From assembly GCA_964016885.1 (NCBI GenBank), contig OZ024750.1:24118001-24182000 (forward strand): DNA of 64,000 nucleotides, written 5' to 3'. Shown here piece after piece: positions 26,282 to 37,857 of this stretch (positions are counted from its first letter, which is position 1; every line of letters begins with the position of its first letter). The stretch is from Eledone cirrhosa. Lineage: Eukaryota. The translations under genes and the position numbers were made by a program. The notes below the pieces were generated by a model. It was not told the origin of the DNA, did not search any database, and saw nothing but the letters and a program-made list of their open reading frames with translations.

Positions 26282-26512
26282 AACAAATTCTATTGGATGT
26301 AAAGTTATTCGTAAAGAGAAGCTATCTATAAATAAACACATTGAGTGTCAAGGATGCAATCAAGGACAATACTTTTTCCAAGTAATTCAATAAAACTAGT
26401 TAATAGCTGTGGTTTTTTTTCACACGCTATTCTGTTTACTCAAAACATTTTAAACTAAATATTTGGACACATGCATACCTAAGTACACCTCAGCAATGTA
26501 CACACTAATTTC

Positions 26513-26549
<37 letters not shown>

Positions 26550-26695
26550 TTACAACAGCGACATAAACAGGTATTCAAGTTTTGTTGGGTTCTGGGCCTG
26601 TTATGACAATTATTTATACTAAACTCGTCCTATGGACTGAGTGCTTTTTTGCTCTTGGATATTTCCACTTAACTTTTACTTCTGTATATATTATA

Positions 26696-26773
<78 letters not shown>

Positions 26774-26990
26774 TTTATTAAAATAACAGATTAAAGTTTA
26801 AGCAAATAATCGCTGCTTTCACCCTTAACGGGATCTTCAGAAGATCCCGTTAAGGGTGAAAGCAGCGATTTTTTGCTTAAACTTTAATCTGTTATTTTAA
26901 TAAATAGTTGCTCTACGGTTCTTATATATTTGATATATATTTATCCTTATCGAGCCTTCTTTGGATTTTAGTCTTCAAATTTATTATTAT

Positions 26991-27023
<33 letters not shown>
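26513..27023. repeat. (TA)n tracts with embedded element fragments
   Basis: Three (TA)n runs; similar runs at 3899, 4157, 19116, 29570, 30499, 31912, 54070 and 56955. Confidence 0.9.
26773..26905. mobile_element. 133-bp fold-back centred in a hammerhead-like core
   Basis: 66-bp arms around a26839; minus strand CUGAAGA-U-CCC(GUUAA)GGG-U-GAAA; lies between (TA)n tracts. Confidence 0.65.
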
Positions 27024-27027
<4 letters not shown>

Positions 27028-29567
27028 ACTGACTATTTGTAACACAAACTTCCAGAAACCTGCCAATCACCTAATAACCTACAAATCTGGCGAGCACATA
27101 AGCCAGATTGACTTCTTACTAGTTAGGCAGCGGGACAGGCAGATAGTGTCTAATATCAAGGCATACCCTGGGGAAGAATGTACCCCACAGCATAGATTAG
27201 TCGTTAGTGATATCTCAGTAAGCAAGAGATGGAATGAGACATACAGGAAGGTGTGGAGAAGAAAGGTCTGGAAGCTAAAAGACCTTTCACTAAAATACAA
27301 ATTTAGGAAAGCCCTTCAAGATGTATATGACGAAAAAGAAGACGATTTAGAGACGTATGACATAGATAATAACTGGAATTTCTTACGTGACAACTTACTG
27401 CAGGCTACTAATGAAACTTGTGGTTTCATTACAGGGAGTGACAGACAGGTTTCATTACAGAGAGTGACCTGGTGGTGGAACAGCACAGTAGATAAGGCCA
27501 TTAGAGACAAAAGACTAGCATGGAAGGCTTGGAAAAAGAGTGGGAGTAGGGAAGAATATATAGCCGCTAAGAGAGAAGCTAGACGTCAGGTGTACTTAGC
27601 ACGCAGGGAGGCTGAGAGTGGGAGGTTTGCTAATGTTCTGCGACGCGAAGATCAGAGGTGTGCGGTGTTCCACATTGCAAGGCAGTGTGTCAATGCAAAT
27701 CAGGATGTTGTTGGAGATAAATGTGTCCGGAATGATGCCGGTGTACTTAGTGTCACGAATGATCAGAAAAAGGAGGCCTGGAAATGTCATTATGAGAGAC
27801 TGATGAATGTGGAGAACGAATGGGAGAGGGAGAAATTACCTTTAGTAGATCCGACAGAGGGACCAGCTATTGAGATTGACCAATATAGGGTCCAAGAGGC
27901 GATTAAGGAAATGAAAAATGGTAAGGCTGCTGGACCATCGGGAATAGTTGCTGAGATGCTGAAGGTATCAGGGGACATAGGCACTAAACTGGTTGCACGC
28001 ATCATCAATCAGGCTATATATGGTGGTGTCATACCCAAAGACTGGTGCAGCAGTATTCTCATAAATTGCTACAAAGGTAAAGGGGATGCTCTGGAGAGGA
28101 GCAATTATAGGGGTATAAAACTGATGGATCAGGTTATGAAAGTGGCAGAAAGGATATTAGCACAACTAATTAGAGAAAGGGTCAAACTAGATGAGATGCA
28201 GTTTAGTTTTGTGCCTGGGAAGAGTACAACAGATGCCCTCTTCTTGGTGAGACAATTGCAAGAGAGATTCTTAGAGAAAAATAAGCCACTATCCTTAGCC
28301 TTTGTTGACCTAGAGAAGGCCTTTGATAGGGAACCCCGATCTGTCATCTGGTGGTCCCTAAGGAAACTAGGTGTTGAGGAATGGCTTGTGAAGACAGTGC
28401 AAACTTTGTACAGAGGTACTGTCAGTAAAGTCAGGGTAGGAATGGAGTTTAGTGAGGAATTCCAGATACAAGTAGGAGTACATGAAGGTTCGGTCCTCAG
28501 CCCGCTCTTGTTCATTATAGTCCTCTAAGCCATAAGAGAGGAGTTTAAGACTGGCTGTCCATGGGAACTTCTCTATGCTGACGGTCTGGTTCTTATAGCA
28601 GAATCAGTAGAGGAGCTAGAGAATAAATTCTGGCTATGGAAACAGCAGTTGGAAGCAAGAGGACTGAGAGTGAACCTAGCTAAGACAAAAGTGTTGATGA
28701 GTAGAAAAGAGGACAAAACTCTGATTCCGTCAGGGAAATGGCCATGCTCGATATGCAGAAAAGGAACTTGCATAAATTCTATAAAATGCACGCAATGCAG
28801 ATCCTGGGTACACAAGAGATGTAGTGGGATAGCAGGCAAACTAACAGGTAGGGAGAAATATGTATGCAGTAGATGTACAGGGAAATTGGACAGTAGAAGT
28901 CGCATTGATAGACACATTTTTCAAATGCAGGAGGGTGCTATAGAAGTGGTGGATAGCTTCCGGTACCTAGGAGATCAGATTAGCATGGGAGGAGGGTGTT
29001 CTGAGGCCATAGTATCTAGAATAAGGATGGGTTGGAAGAAGTTTAGGGAGCTGCTTCTTCTGCTGACGAAGAAGGGTTTCTCCCTGCGTATGAAAGGCCG
29101 GTTGTATGATGCCTGTGTGAGGAGCGCGATGCTGCATGGTAGTGAGACATGGGCAGCAACTGCAGAGGATATGCGACGGCTGGAGAGAAATGAGGCAAGC
29201 ATGTTCTATTAGATGAACAGTGTAAATGTGCGTGAACGACCCATCATGAATGTGTTGAGAGAGAAACTGTGTCTGAGAGGGATAGAATGTAGTGTGCGAG
29301 AGAAGAGACTGAGGTGGTATGGACATGTGATGCGCATGGAGGATGACCGATGGGTGAAGAAGTGCCAGGAAATGCCAGTTGAAGGAAGATGTGGTAGAGG
29401 TAGACCATGAAAAACATGGGTGGAGGTGGTGAGAACAGACCTCAGATCGTTGAAGATCACGGTGGAGATGACGAAGGACCGTGACGAGTGGAGAGATGCT
29501 GTGCTGAATAAGACCCGTCCCACCCTTGCGAGCAGGGAAGAGCGGACGTAAAAAATGATGATGATGA

Positions 29568-29570
<3 letters not shown>
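27024..29570 (+). mobile_element. 5'-truncated RTE-clade LINE (APE C-terminus, RT, PHD-like finger), inactivated
   Basis: NTNFQK...ITYKSG...SQIDFLL (APE end), then KAAGPSG, YRGIKL, FVDLEKAFD, GVHEGSVLSP, YADG (mutated YADD), FRYLG, LRWYGHV. In-frame stops at 28528, 29212 and 29410. (GAT)n tail; (TA)n on both sides. Confidence 0.95.
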
Positions 29571-29619
<49 letters not shown>

Positions 29620-29794
29620 TTAATTAATTAGTATTAATTATACTATTTATGGTTATGTAAATACAAAAACCTTTTGCAGTTATATATATTTTTATACAAA
29701 CCCTAAATAGTGGTAGGCAGTAATATATTACTACCTTATTACCAGTAAGTTAAGTAGCTCAATGTAAAAACATCAGATGATTTACAGAGCAGTT

Positions 29795-30491
29795 ATATGA
29801 AATATAAGAATCAAAGAACTGTTCAAACCATTTTTATGCTTACAACTGTTTCCTCCAAACCGAGGTTTGGATTCTTCGGAGCAATTTATTAATGAGTGAA
29901 CACTTATATGACCTCCTTTTCACCCAAGAGACATACAGATACATATGCAAATATTGCGGGTCAACATTCATTACAGCATTTAGAGTGGCAGTACACACTT
30001 AGAGATTACATTCATATTAAAAGATACAATAAAAAATACAGGTTAAAATACAACATGAAAATAAGCGGTTATATAGTGCAAGGGTTATATGTGTGGCAAG
30101 CACGTGCGTCTTGTTTATATAGTGTGGAAGAGAGTTACGTGTAGTAGAAGCACTTAAGTAGGTAAACAAGAGTGTTAGGTTGGTTGATCTGGTGACAAAT
30201 TCTTTATATGATTGTTATAGTCTGTGTGTGGAGAAATAATATAAGCATTAAAAATATTCGAAATGCGCAGCGAAGGGATGATATGGACTTCATGTACTTC
30301 GACATTTTCATAGCCTGGGGAGTGTATTTTTCAGATTGTATGCCCCTCACATAATCCACGACGATTCGATATGGTGAAAAGGAGGTCATATAAGTGTTCA
30401 CTCATTAATAAATTGCTCCGAAGAATCCAAACCTCGGTTTGGATTCTTCGGAGGTAAGCATAAAAATGGTTTGAACAGTTCTTTGATTCTT

Positions 30492-30502
<11 letters not shown>
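29795..30502. mobile_element. Penelope-like fragment with ~130-bp inverted ends
   Basis: 29795-29924 is the reverse complement of 30373-30502. The arm contains a hammerhead-like motif; the right end abuts (TA)n. Confidence 0.7.
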
Positions 30503-30549
<47 letters not shown>

Positions 30550-30732
30550 GGTGTTAAAGTTTGCTTGAAGCATTGTGAAATGTGTAAAATATGTAGTTTA
30601 GAAAGCCACAACAATGCAGATGGGAAATCTCGAGGTAGGAAGTGAGTGAGAAATAGGAGAAAAGTGAAAATTGAGAGAAACGAAAATGAAAACAAAACAA
30701 AGGTAGAAGGGTTACCGTAGTGGAGATTTAAT

Positions 30733-30766
30733 CCCAATATTTCGGGCTCACGCCCATCAACGGGGG
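30733..30766 (-). ncRNA. Variant hammerhead-like motif in the PLE 3' region
   Basis: CCC-CCGUUGA-U-GGGC(GUGA)GCCC-GAAA-UA-UU-GGG; the core deviates from CUGANGA. Confidence 0.55.
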
Positions 30767-31601
30767 AAAGTTCCAAAAGGGGGGGGGGGGAACAGGCTAA
30801 GCCGGAGAAAGTTGTATTGTCGTTAAAACATAGGAATGCCGTTATGGGGAGAATTCAAACGAGGGAAAGAATGCGCGTGCGCGTGATAGGCTGTGGCAAA
30901 AGCTACTGACCAATCGGGTTAAATCAATAGGGTGCGCTAGCGTGTGAAAGCCGTAAAATATGTGTGTGTAAATATATATGTGTGTGTGTAGCGAGAGTAC
31001 TGGGTTGCATGAATGTAACAAAACGAGACATGGTTTGTGTGTATAATATTTAATTAACAATGGTAGATAGTATAGTTGACATGTCAAAGAAATAGATGAA
31101 AGAATGAAACAAAGTTAGTCGTTACCGTTTTGATTGCCAGGCAAACGCGGCTGGCAGAGGACGCCTGGCTAAGGCCAGGCGCCGGAAGGCAAATGAGAGG
31201 CTCTTGGCCTGGTGCCGAAAGGGCAATGAGAGGCTCTTGGCCTGGTGCCGAAAGGGCAATGAGAGAATGAGAACTTAAAGTTGTTAGTTTTATAGGGTTC
31301 TGACCGGAAGTTACAGAAAGGGTTCTACTTCCCGCCTAGATGTTAATCCAAACAAGGGAGACAACCGCTACATGTGTAACTGTGTGTGTATATATGTATG
31401 TATGTATGTATGTGAGTGTGTGTGTGTGAGAAAGATAGTGGGCCGTAGAAGCTGGAAATCAAAGGGTGTGAAAGGTGGTAGGTTGTATAAACATGTGTGC
31501 GTGTATAAATATAGATGTGTGTGTGTATGTGTATGGGTATACATATAAGTGCGTGTGTGTGAAAGATAGTAGGCCGTAGGGGCTGTTACTGGTCACTATG
31601 G

Positions 31602-31784
31602 TTAAATTAGCCATGTCAGCTCATTTCTCTCAGCCCGGTTGTTAAGTGGGGGTCTGAGGTTCTTAATAACAAGTGCTTCCTTTATCCTTAAGGATCCGAT
31701 GCTGCGTTCAGTCGCTAGGACTGTGACCAAGGGTCTGCCCTGTGGGTTTCCGCATTTAAGGATGTGTTTACGGAAGGAAGATGC
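31602..31784 (-). pseudogene. C-terminal 60 aa of a Penelope-like GIY-YIG endonuclease ORF
   Basis: Manual translation shows H...C and the L.IKEAL.I....P.LN motif, ending at TAA 31604-31602. Not in the ORF track. Confidence 0.8.
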
Positions 31785-31907
31785 GTAACCCTTCTACCTT
31801 TGTTTTGTTTTCATTTTCGTTTCTCTCAATTTTCACTTTTCTCCTATTTCTCACTCACTTCCTACCTCGAGATTTCCCATCTGCATTGTTGTGGCTTTCT
31901 AAACTAC

Positions 31908-31945
<38 letters not shown>

Positions 31946-31951
31946 TAGACA

Positions 31952-32257
31952 CAGGGTGTTCCCTAAAAATGTATCACACTTCAACAGCATTCTAATTAGT
32001 GTATATAGGATGGTGTATTGGCAGTATCGGTGGAGCGTTGGTCACCATGCCTTGTAGCATAGAGTTACAGTCCATTACGTTGTCAGTTCAAATACCGCCG
32101 AGGTTAGTTTTGCCTTTCATCCTTACGTGGTCGATAAATAAAGCACCAGTAATACACTGGAGTCGATTTAATCGACTTTTCCCTCCCCCTCAAATTGCTG
32201 GCTTTGTGCCTAAAGTAGAAACAATTAAAATGTGTATACATTTTTGGGGTCACCCTG
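31952..32257. mobile_element. Tc1/mariner-type MITE with nested SINE (32008-32226)
   Basis: CAGGGTG..CC.AAAAATGTAT inverted ends in a TA context. Confidence 0.65.
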
Positions 32258-32429
32258 TATATATATATATATAGTAAGGGGGTTAACGGAACAATGATGT
32301 GCGGACTAAAACCAAATGAATATGGCCTCGGATTTTTAATGATATCTATATATATAATTATTTACTTTTGATTTTATTTATTCTCCCTCTATGTAAACAA
32401 TTACAATGGGAAAAAAGCTAATATGTAAA

Positions 32430-32640
32430 CACTTTCACGTGCAAGACTTGTTTATTTTTGATGAACACGTCATGTTGGCGGTTTTATATAAATGATAAGA
32501 GGACGAGGACGATATAAACCAATAAGCAGCCAATAATTTGTCATGTGACTATTTTGCATACGCCCACTTGTAGTAAACGTCTAGTAGAAGGTAAATTGAC
32601 TGAGCGATTTGTTATACAATCATTATAAGCACGGAAGTAG
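32430..32640 (+). promoter_or_regulatory. Putative ABCA2 promoter
   Basis: Unique, CpG-retaining stretch with TCACGTG (32435), CCAAT x2 (32519, 32530), GTCATGTGAC (32540) and ACGGAAGT (32631). Confidence 0.5.
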
Positions 32641-33481
32641 GCGACTGATATTGCTGACTGGCTGTCGCCTGCTTTAAACGCAAAAAAGAAAGAAAAAAGA
32701 AAAGATCCACTCAGTATATATTCTAGTTAAACAGCTGTATATTAGTGTTTAAATATTGTCAGAACCATTTTAATATAAAATGGAAGAACCATTTTGGAGT
32801 GGGAAGTGATTCTTTTTACATCTGAGAGAGCCCTAACATTTATTTTTTTTTCCTCTCAGAATTCTTGCTGTTGGGTCAATTATTTTAAAATTAATTTTGC
32901 TGTCAACAATTATCTTCCCAGTGTTGTTTTCTTTTCTTTTCATGTAATAATATTAATTTCTTCGTAAAATTTTGGGCAACTTTAACCACAAAAAACCGAA
33001 GGAGAATTATAAAAATATAGTCAATGTAAACCACACGAATAATTAAATGTAAGAAGACGTGTTTTCATTTTTGGACGATTAGCTAAAATATTTACTATCT
33101 GGGGTTGGTAAGAGCTACCCGAGTTGTGCACAAAAATATTACCACGAAGGATTACATTATTTGGATTTTACTGGAAAACTCATTAAACCTACACTCTTTC
33201 TTACCAAAGTTTTGCATCGTATTTCACTACAAAAACTTATTCTATTTATATCCACATATTACCGTCTTGGGGATCTCGCAATATTCCAAGAATGGAACAA
33301 ATGGTCTCCTTATTATCGCTGGTTGTGACGTCCTCTGTAGACTTCTCTTCATTATCGTCAGCCGGTCCTCTTGTAGTCTAAACATTTGTCACTATTATAT
33401 CATATATCATAACATAACAAACCAAGCCAGTCGTGTACTTTCTTCCTCTCATACTCAACAGACCAACCTATCTACATCAAT

Positions 33482-33547
33482 ATGGGTTTCTTACATCAAC
33501 TTCGTTTGCTACTTTGGAAAAACTTTACTCTGAAGAAACGTTCACCG
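33482..33547 (+). CDS. ABCA2: ABC transporter subfamily A (ABCA2-like), first coding exon
   Basis: [22 protein letters not shown] then gttcgt donor. This is the 66-nt ABCA N-terminal exon with the xLLLWKN motif, very close to the vertebrate ABCA2 start as recalled (MGFLHQLQLLLWKN). No next exon recognised in the window. Confidence 0.85.
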
Positions 33548-33835
33548 GTTCGTAACTAATTTCCTTTACTACTCTAGTCTGATTATTATTGTATTTATTT
33601 TTAGAATTTCGAGGTTTTTAGTTATATAAATAACTTTCAGGCGGCCCCCATTATAGTCGCAGTCTGAAATGTACATGTTAACAATTAGAAAATATTTAAT
33701 AAAAAAAAAAAATAGGAGGAGGAGGATAGGGGAAAAAGAAAAGAGAATTAAGCAACAAAAAAAGGGAGGGGGGGGGGGCTATTTGATATTTTATTTACCT
33801 TTTTCACCTCAAATTCTTATGGCGGTATAACATTA

Positions 33836-33934
33836 TATACACACACACACACGCATATATATATATACATATATACATACACACATATATATATATAAAT
33901 ATATATATATATACACACACACACAAACATATAT

Positions 33935-34016
<82 letters not shown>
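33836..34016. repeat. Compound (CA)n/(TA)n microsatellite
   Basis: Read directly. Confidence 0.95.
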
Positions 34017-34017
<1 letters not shown>

Positions 34018-36007
34018 AATTGTTGCTTTTCCTTCTCTTTTTCTATTGCCCACGTTATTTAATACTCTCAGTGTGAGTTCGCGTGTTTTTTCTAAATTTA
34101 GCAGAATTTGTTATTCGATTACTTGACAGATTAAAACAAACATCTTTGTATTAAAACCGCACACAATGTATTTTTTTGGATCAATATTGTTTTAAAGACA
34201 TCTCTAACCTAATTAATATATCGTTCCTAATCTTGAAACTGCAGGTGACGTGCTAATACAGCCGACTGTTTATCAATGAATCTTGTTATTTTCAATTATT
34301 ACGAAGAAAATACCATTTTACTTTCTGCATGCTTACTCTATAAACTGCATAGTTCTACCCCCCCCCCCCCCCCCCCTCCATCTAAATAATCGGTAATCTT
34401 CATTGCTGGGGAGCATATATCAGTTTTGACATTTTATGATAATGTCAAGTACACTAGAAACTCGATCAAATCAATTTTTGTAATCGAAGTTCACTTCACC
34501 CAAACCAAAACATACTTCAAAACGATTGAATATTGAATCCAATGAGACATATTGACCTGATATGTATTGTTTGTTTTTTATTTCAACACCAGCCAACCAT
34601 ACTTTCTCTCTTTCTTATAACATTTGCTTCTTACAGTTGACTGAGATAATCTGTACAATAAGCTTAACTAATCTTCAACAGTTGTCTAAATCTAAACAAC
34701 CAACAATGCCGTTGTCACTTTCAGCCTAATTTTTAAAGCATCGCATTCTCTTTTCTTATAAAAGCCTTTGTGTCCTTCTTTATGTAAGATATTATCGTCG
34801 ACATTATCATTTGCATGCGTGGCAAATAAACATTGTTTTAGATACTATTATTATATCAGGCATTTCTTCATTTTTTTAACATTAAAAAAAGATATCATTC
34901 GAAAGAATGCCTGATATAATAATTATTTCTACTTTTGGCACAAGGCCAGCAATTATTCAGTGCATTACTGGTACTTTATTTTATCGACCCCTTACGGGGT
35001 AGAAACAATTATTATATCGGGCATTCTTTCGAATGATATCTTTTTTTAATGTTAAAAAATGAAGAAATGCCAGTCACTCGATAAAATAGGTACTTGTCAT
35101 AAACTGGGATCGTATCAACCGTAGGTTTCCCTTGCAAATATTTACCTTTATGCCGATGATATTGTTAACCACACTCGAAAAAAAATTTTTTTTTGAGGAT
35201 GGCTGGGTGGGTTTAAATCACACTATTGTTTTCATTTAAATGAAAGAAAACATAATCAAGCTATATCTTGATTTCATTCCTGCTAATATCCACAATAACA
35301 GCTGACACGAAGCTTATTTTCCGCATGTTGAATGAGAGATAAAGAAAGGCAAGAATACTATATTAATACTACCCGAAAATTAATCTCAAACAACTGAAAA
35401 GGAGGAGGAAAAATCAATGCGTATTCGGTTTTGTGTCGGGGGGGGATATTGTTTGAGTGGACCAAAATCGTAATCATAGAAAACACTGATATTAGCTGTT
35501 GTTCAACAATGGTGTGTATATATTGTGGTTAGTTTAGCTACAATGAGTCATGTATATATATATAATTATATATATATATATATGTGTGTGTATATATATA
35601 TATGTGTGTGTGTATATTATGCTACATTTGAAATAAATTGCTGTTCGGCGGTTTACGTTGCTTTGATGCTAGGATTATAGACTGGTGTTTTATTTTATCG
35701 CTTTTCGGCCTCACAGGGTCGATAAAATAAAGCACCAGTAATGCACTGAGGCCGATTTAATCGACTTTCCTCTCTCCTTAAAATTGCTGGCCTTGTGCCT
35801 AAAGTAGAAACAATGATTATAGCACAGATCTCATAAAGAAAACATGTTTAGCTTCTTCACAGCATCATCAGTTGGGATAATTTTCTTATCACTGTCCTCA
35901 CTTGAAGCATGTTTATTTTTTATTTGATATTCATGCAATTTAGTTATTTGCAAATGGTAATAGTACGAATTATTGCGTGTGAGGTAGATAGGTTATATTT
36001 CCAGGTA

Positions 36008-36188
36008 ATAATTATTTTTACCTTTGGCACAAGGCCAGCAATTACCTCAGCGCATTACTGGTACTTTATTTTATCGACCCCGTAAGTATGAAAGGCAAAT
36101 CTTACCGCGGCGGGATTTGAACTCAGACCGTAAAGGGCTGTAACTCTATGCTGCAAAGCATGGCGTCCGACCCTCTACCGATACTGCC
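36008..36188 (-). mobile_element. SINE S2
   Basis: Reverse copy. Confidence 0.8.
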
Positions 36189-36763
36189 AGAGACAGATAG
36201 GTGTTATATTTCCAGATTTTCGAAAACAAACAAACAAAAAAACTGGTCTGTTGAAGATTATAGTTTAGAATGTCTAGAAAACTAAGTAATTTACACCACA
36301 TTTATTTTAGATATGATCTGCTTAGATTTTATTTCATTACTATCTACACTGTTTACATAATGTGGAGTAATAAATGACTTGTTTTTAATGTGTTTATTAC
36401 GTTGACAATACCGTATCATTGTATAATTCTTCATTGTAATAAAGCACCAGCAATGCACTGGGGTAATTGCTGACCTTGTGCCAAAAGTAATACCGTATTA
36501 TTGTATAATTCTTCCCGCAGTGTTGCTGCTATCAACATAAGGAACCTTGTGGAATTTATTCCATCAGTTATAAAAGAGATGGTTTTCTTCCCTTTTCTTT
36601 CAATTTAGTTTCTCATCATATTCCTAAGCTTCACAGTATCTTCATATTAGTAAACGAAAATATTGTTGTTTATCATTGCTCTCCAAGAATGTTTTTGGTT
36701 TGAGAATTCTCATTGAAAAAATAAAATACGAACCTATAAACTTATTTACCATTTTTGTTTATT

Positions 36764-36940
36764 TGTTTCATTCGAAGGAAATCATAAGGCTTTCCTGATG
36801 ATTTCCTTCGAATGAAACAGTTTTAGTCCAGTAGAAGCCATTTTTATATTAAATATTCATACTCTGCTATTGAGTACCTTACTTACTGTGGTTACCTCCG
36901 ATTGAACCCGGGACTCACACACACGATGTCCGAGTTAATT
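36764..36940 (+). mobile_element. PLE-type 3' fragment with hammerhead-like motif and short inverted copy
   Basis: CUGAUGA-U-UUC(CUUC)GAA-U-GAAACAGUU at 36795; 36764-36785 is inverted to 36798-36819; ends in (TA)n. Confidence 0.6.
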
Positions 36941-37857
36941 TATATATATATATATATATATATATTGTATTTTCTTAAATATTTCTCCTAAGACTTGGCT
37001 GGTAATTTTGCTTCCTTGGAAACGGATATTTTCTATGTACTGTCATTTAAACTTGAGTTAACCCCTAATTCCACTATTAACTTTTGGCGAGGAATAAATG
37101 ACATTGAAATAAATGGTTAGTTGAATTTATATTGACTGTGAGAATCTACCAAAATAATAAACGAGTCTAGTATAGTTGACGTATATTATGTTAGTTAAAG
37201 GGCTATTTGATTTTTATCGAATCTAGTTTCTAAAATATTAGAATACCTGGTCATAGGACAGGTGTTCGAGTGTTGCCTCAGTTCATTTAGCCATTGCATG
37301 TAGATCTGGTAATATTGATAAGTGTTATTCAGACAAATATTTACCTCTCCACTAACTGTGGACCATTCAAACATTTACTTTTCTCTTTTTGACCAATACA
37401 AAGATTGTGTGTAACACAGGGAGGAGACGGCTTTTAACTTACTAAAAAATTATAATTAAAAACTCAATGCATTATGTCTGTTGGATGTCGTGTTAATTTT
37501 ACATTAGGATAGGAGTAAATAATTTTTCTAACGATTTATTGAATTGTTTTCTTTCAATGATTTACTCCAAAAGATAAATATTGACAGATACTACTGATTT
37601 ATTAAAAAGTTATTGTGAAGAATAGTATGATGAGTTTTAATTACTTATACATTGTTACAAATACTATTTTACTTATACTTTGGTATTTCTTTTCAAGGTT
37701 AAAATAATTAAACTTATCAGTGTTTATGAGAGCCATGACTGGTTCAGTTCATCGGTTATAAGATTCATATCTAGTTGCCAGTAGTGTTAGAACTCTGACC
37801 AAGACAATTTTAAATGAACTAACCCAGTAAGTATTAATATGTACTACAGTGTAATGG

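Larger units (their letters stand above)
30547..31912 (-). mobile_element. 5'-truncated Penelope-like element with inverted terminal copy
   Basis: Minus 31784-31602 encodes ASSFRKHILKC...LRIKEALVIKNLRPPLNNR...* (PLE GIY-YIG C-terminus). About 1 kb of 3' region carries a hammerhead-like motif. 128-bp inverted repeat 30588-30715 / 31785-31912; (TA)n on both flanks. Confidence 0.85.

Noticed and set aside
30124-30200. Minus-strand NTLVYLLKC resembling a GIY-YIG start
   Set aside because: Too short, followed by a stop, and no YIG half.
33105-33533. 142-aa ORF in the track overlapping the ABCA2 start
   Set aside because: Non-ATG start and no recognisable motif; the real frame begins at ATG 33482.
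35841-35874. Minus-strand CUGAUGA-UGCU...AGC-UAAACAUGUU
   Set aside because: GAAA core broken and helix I poor; at best a decayed motif.
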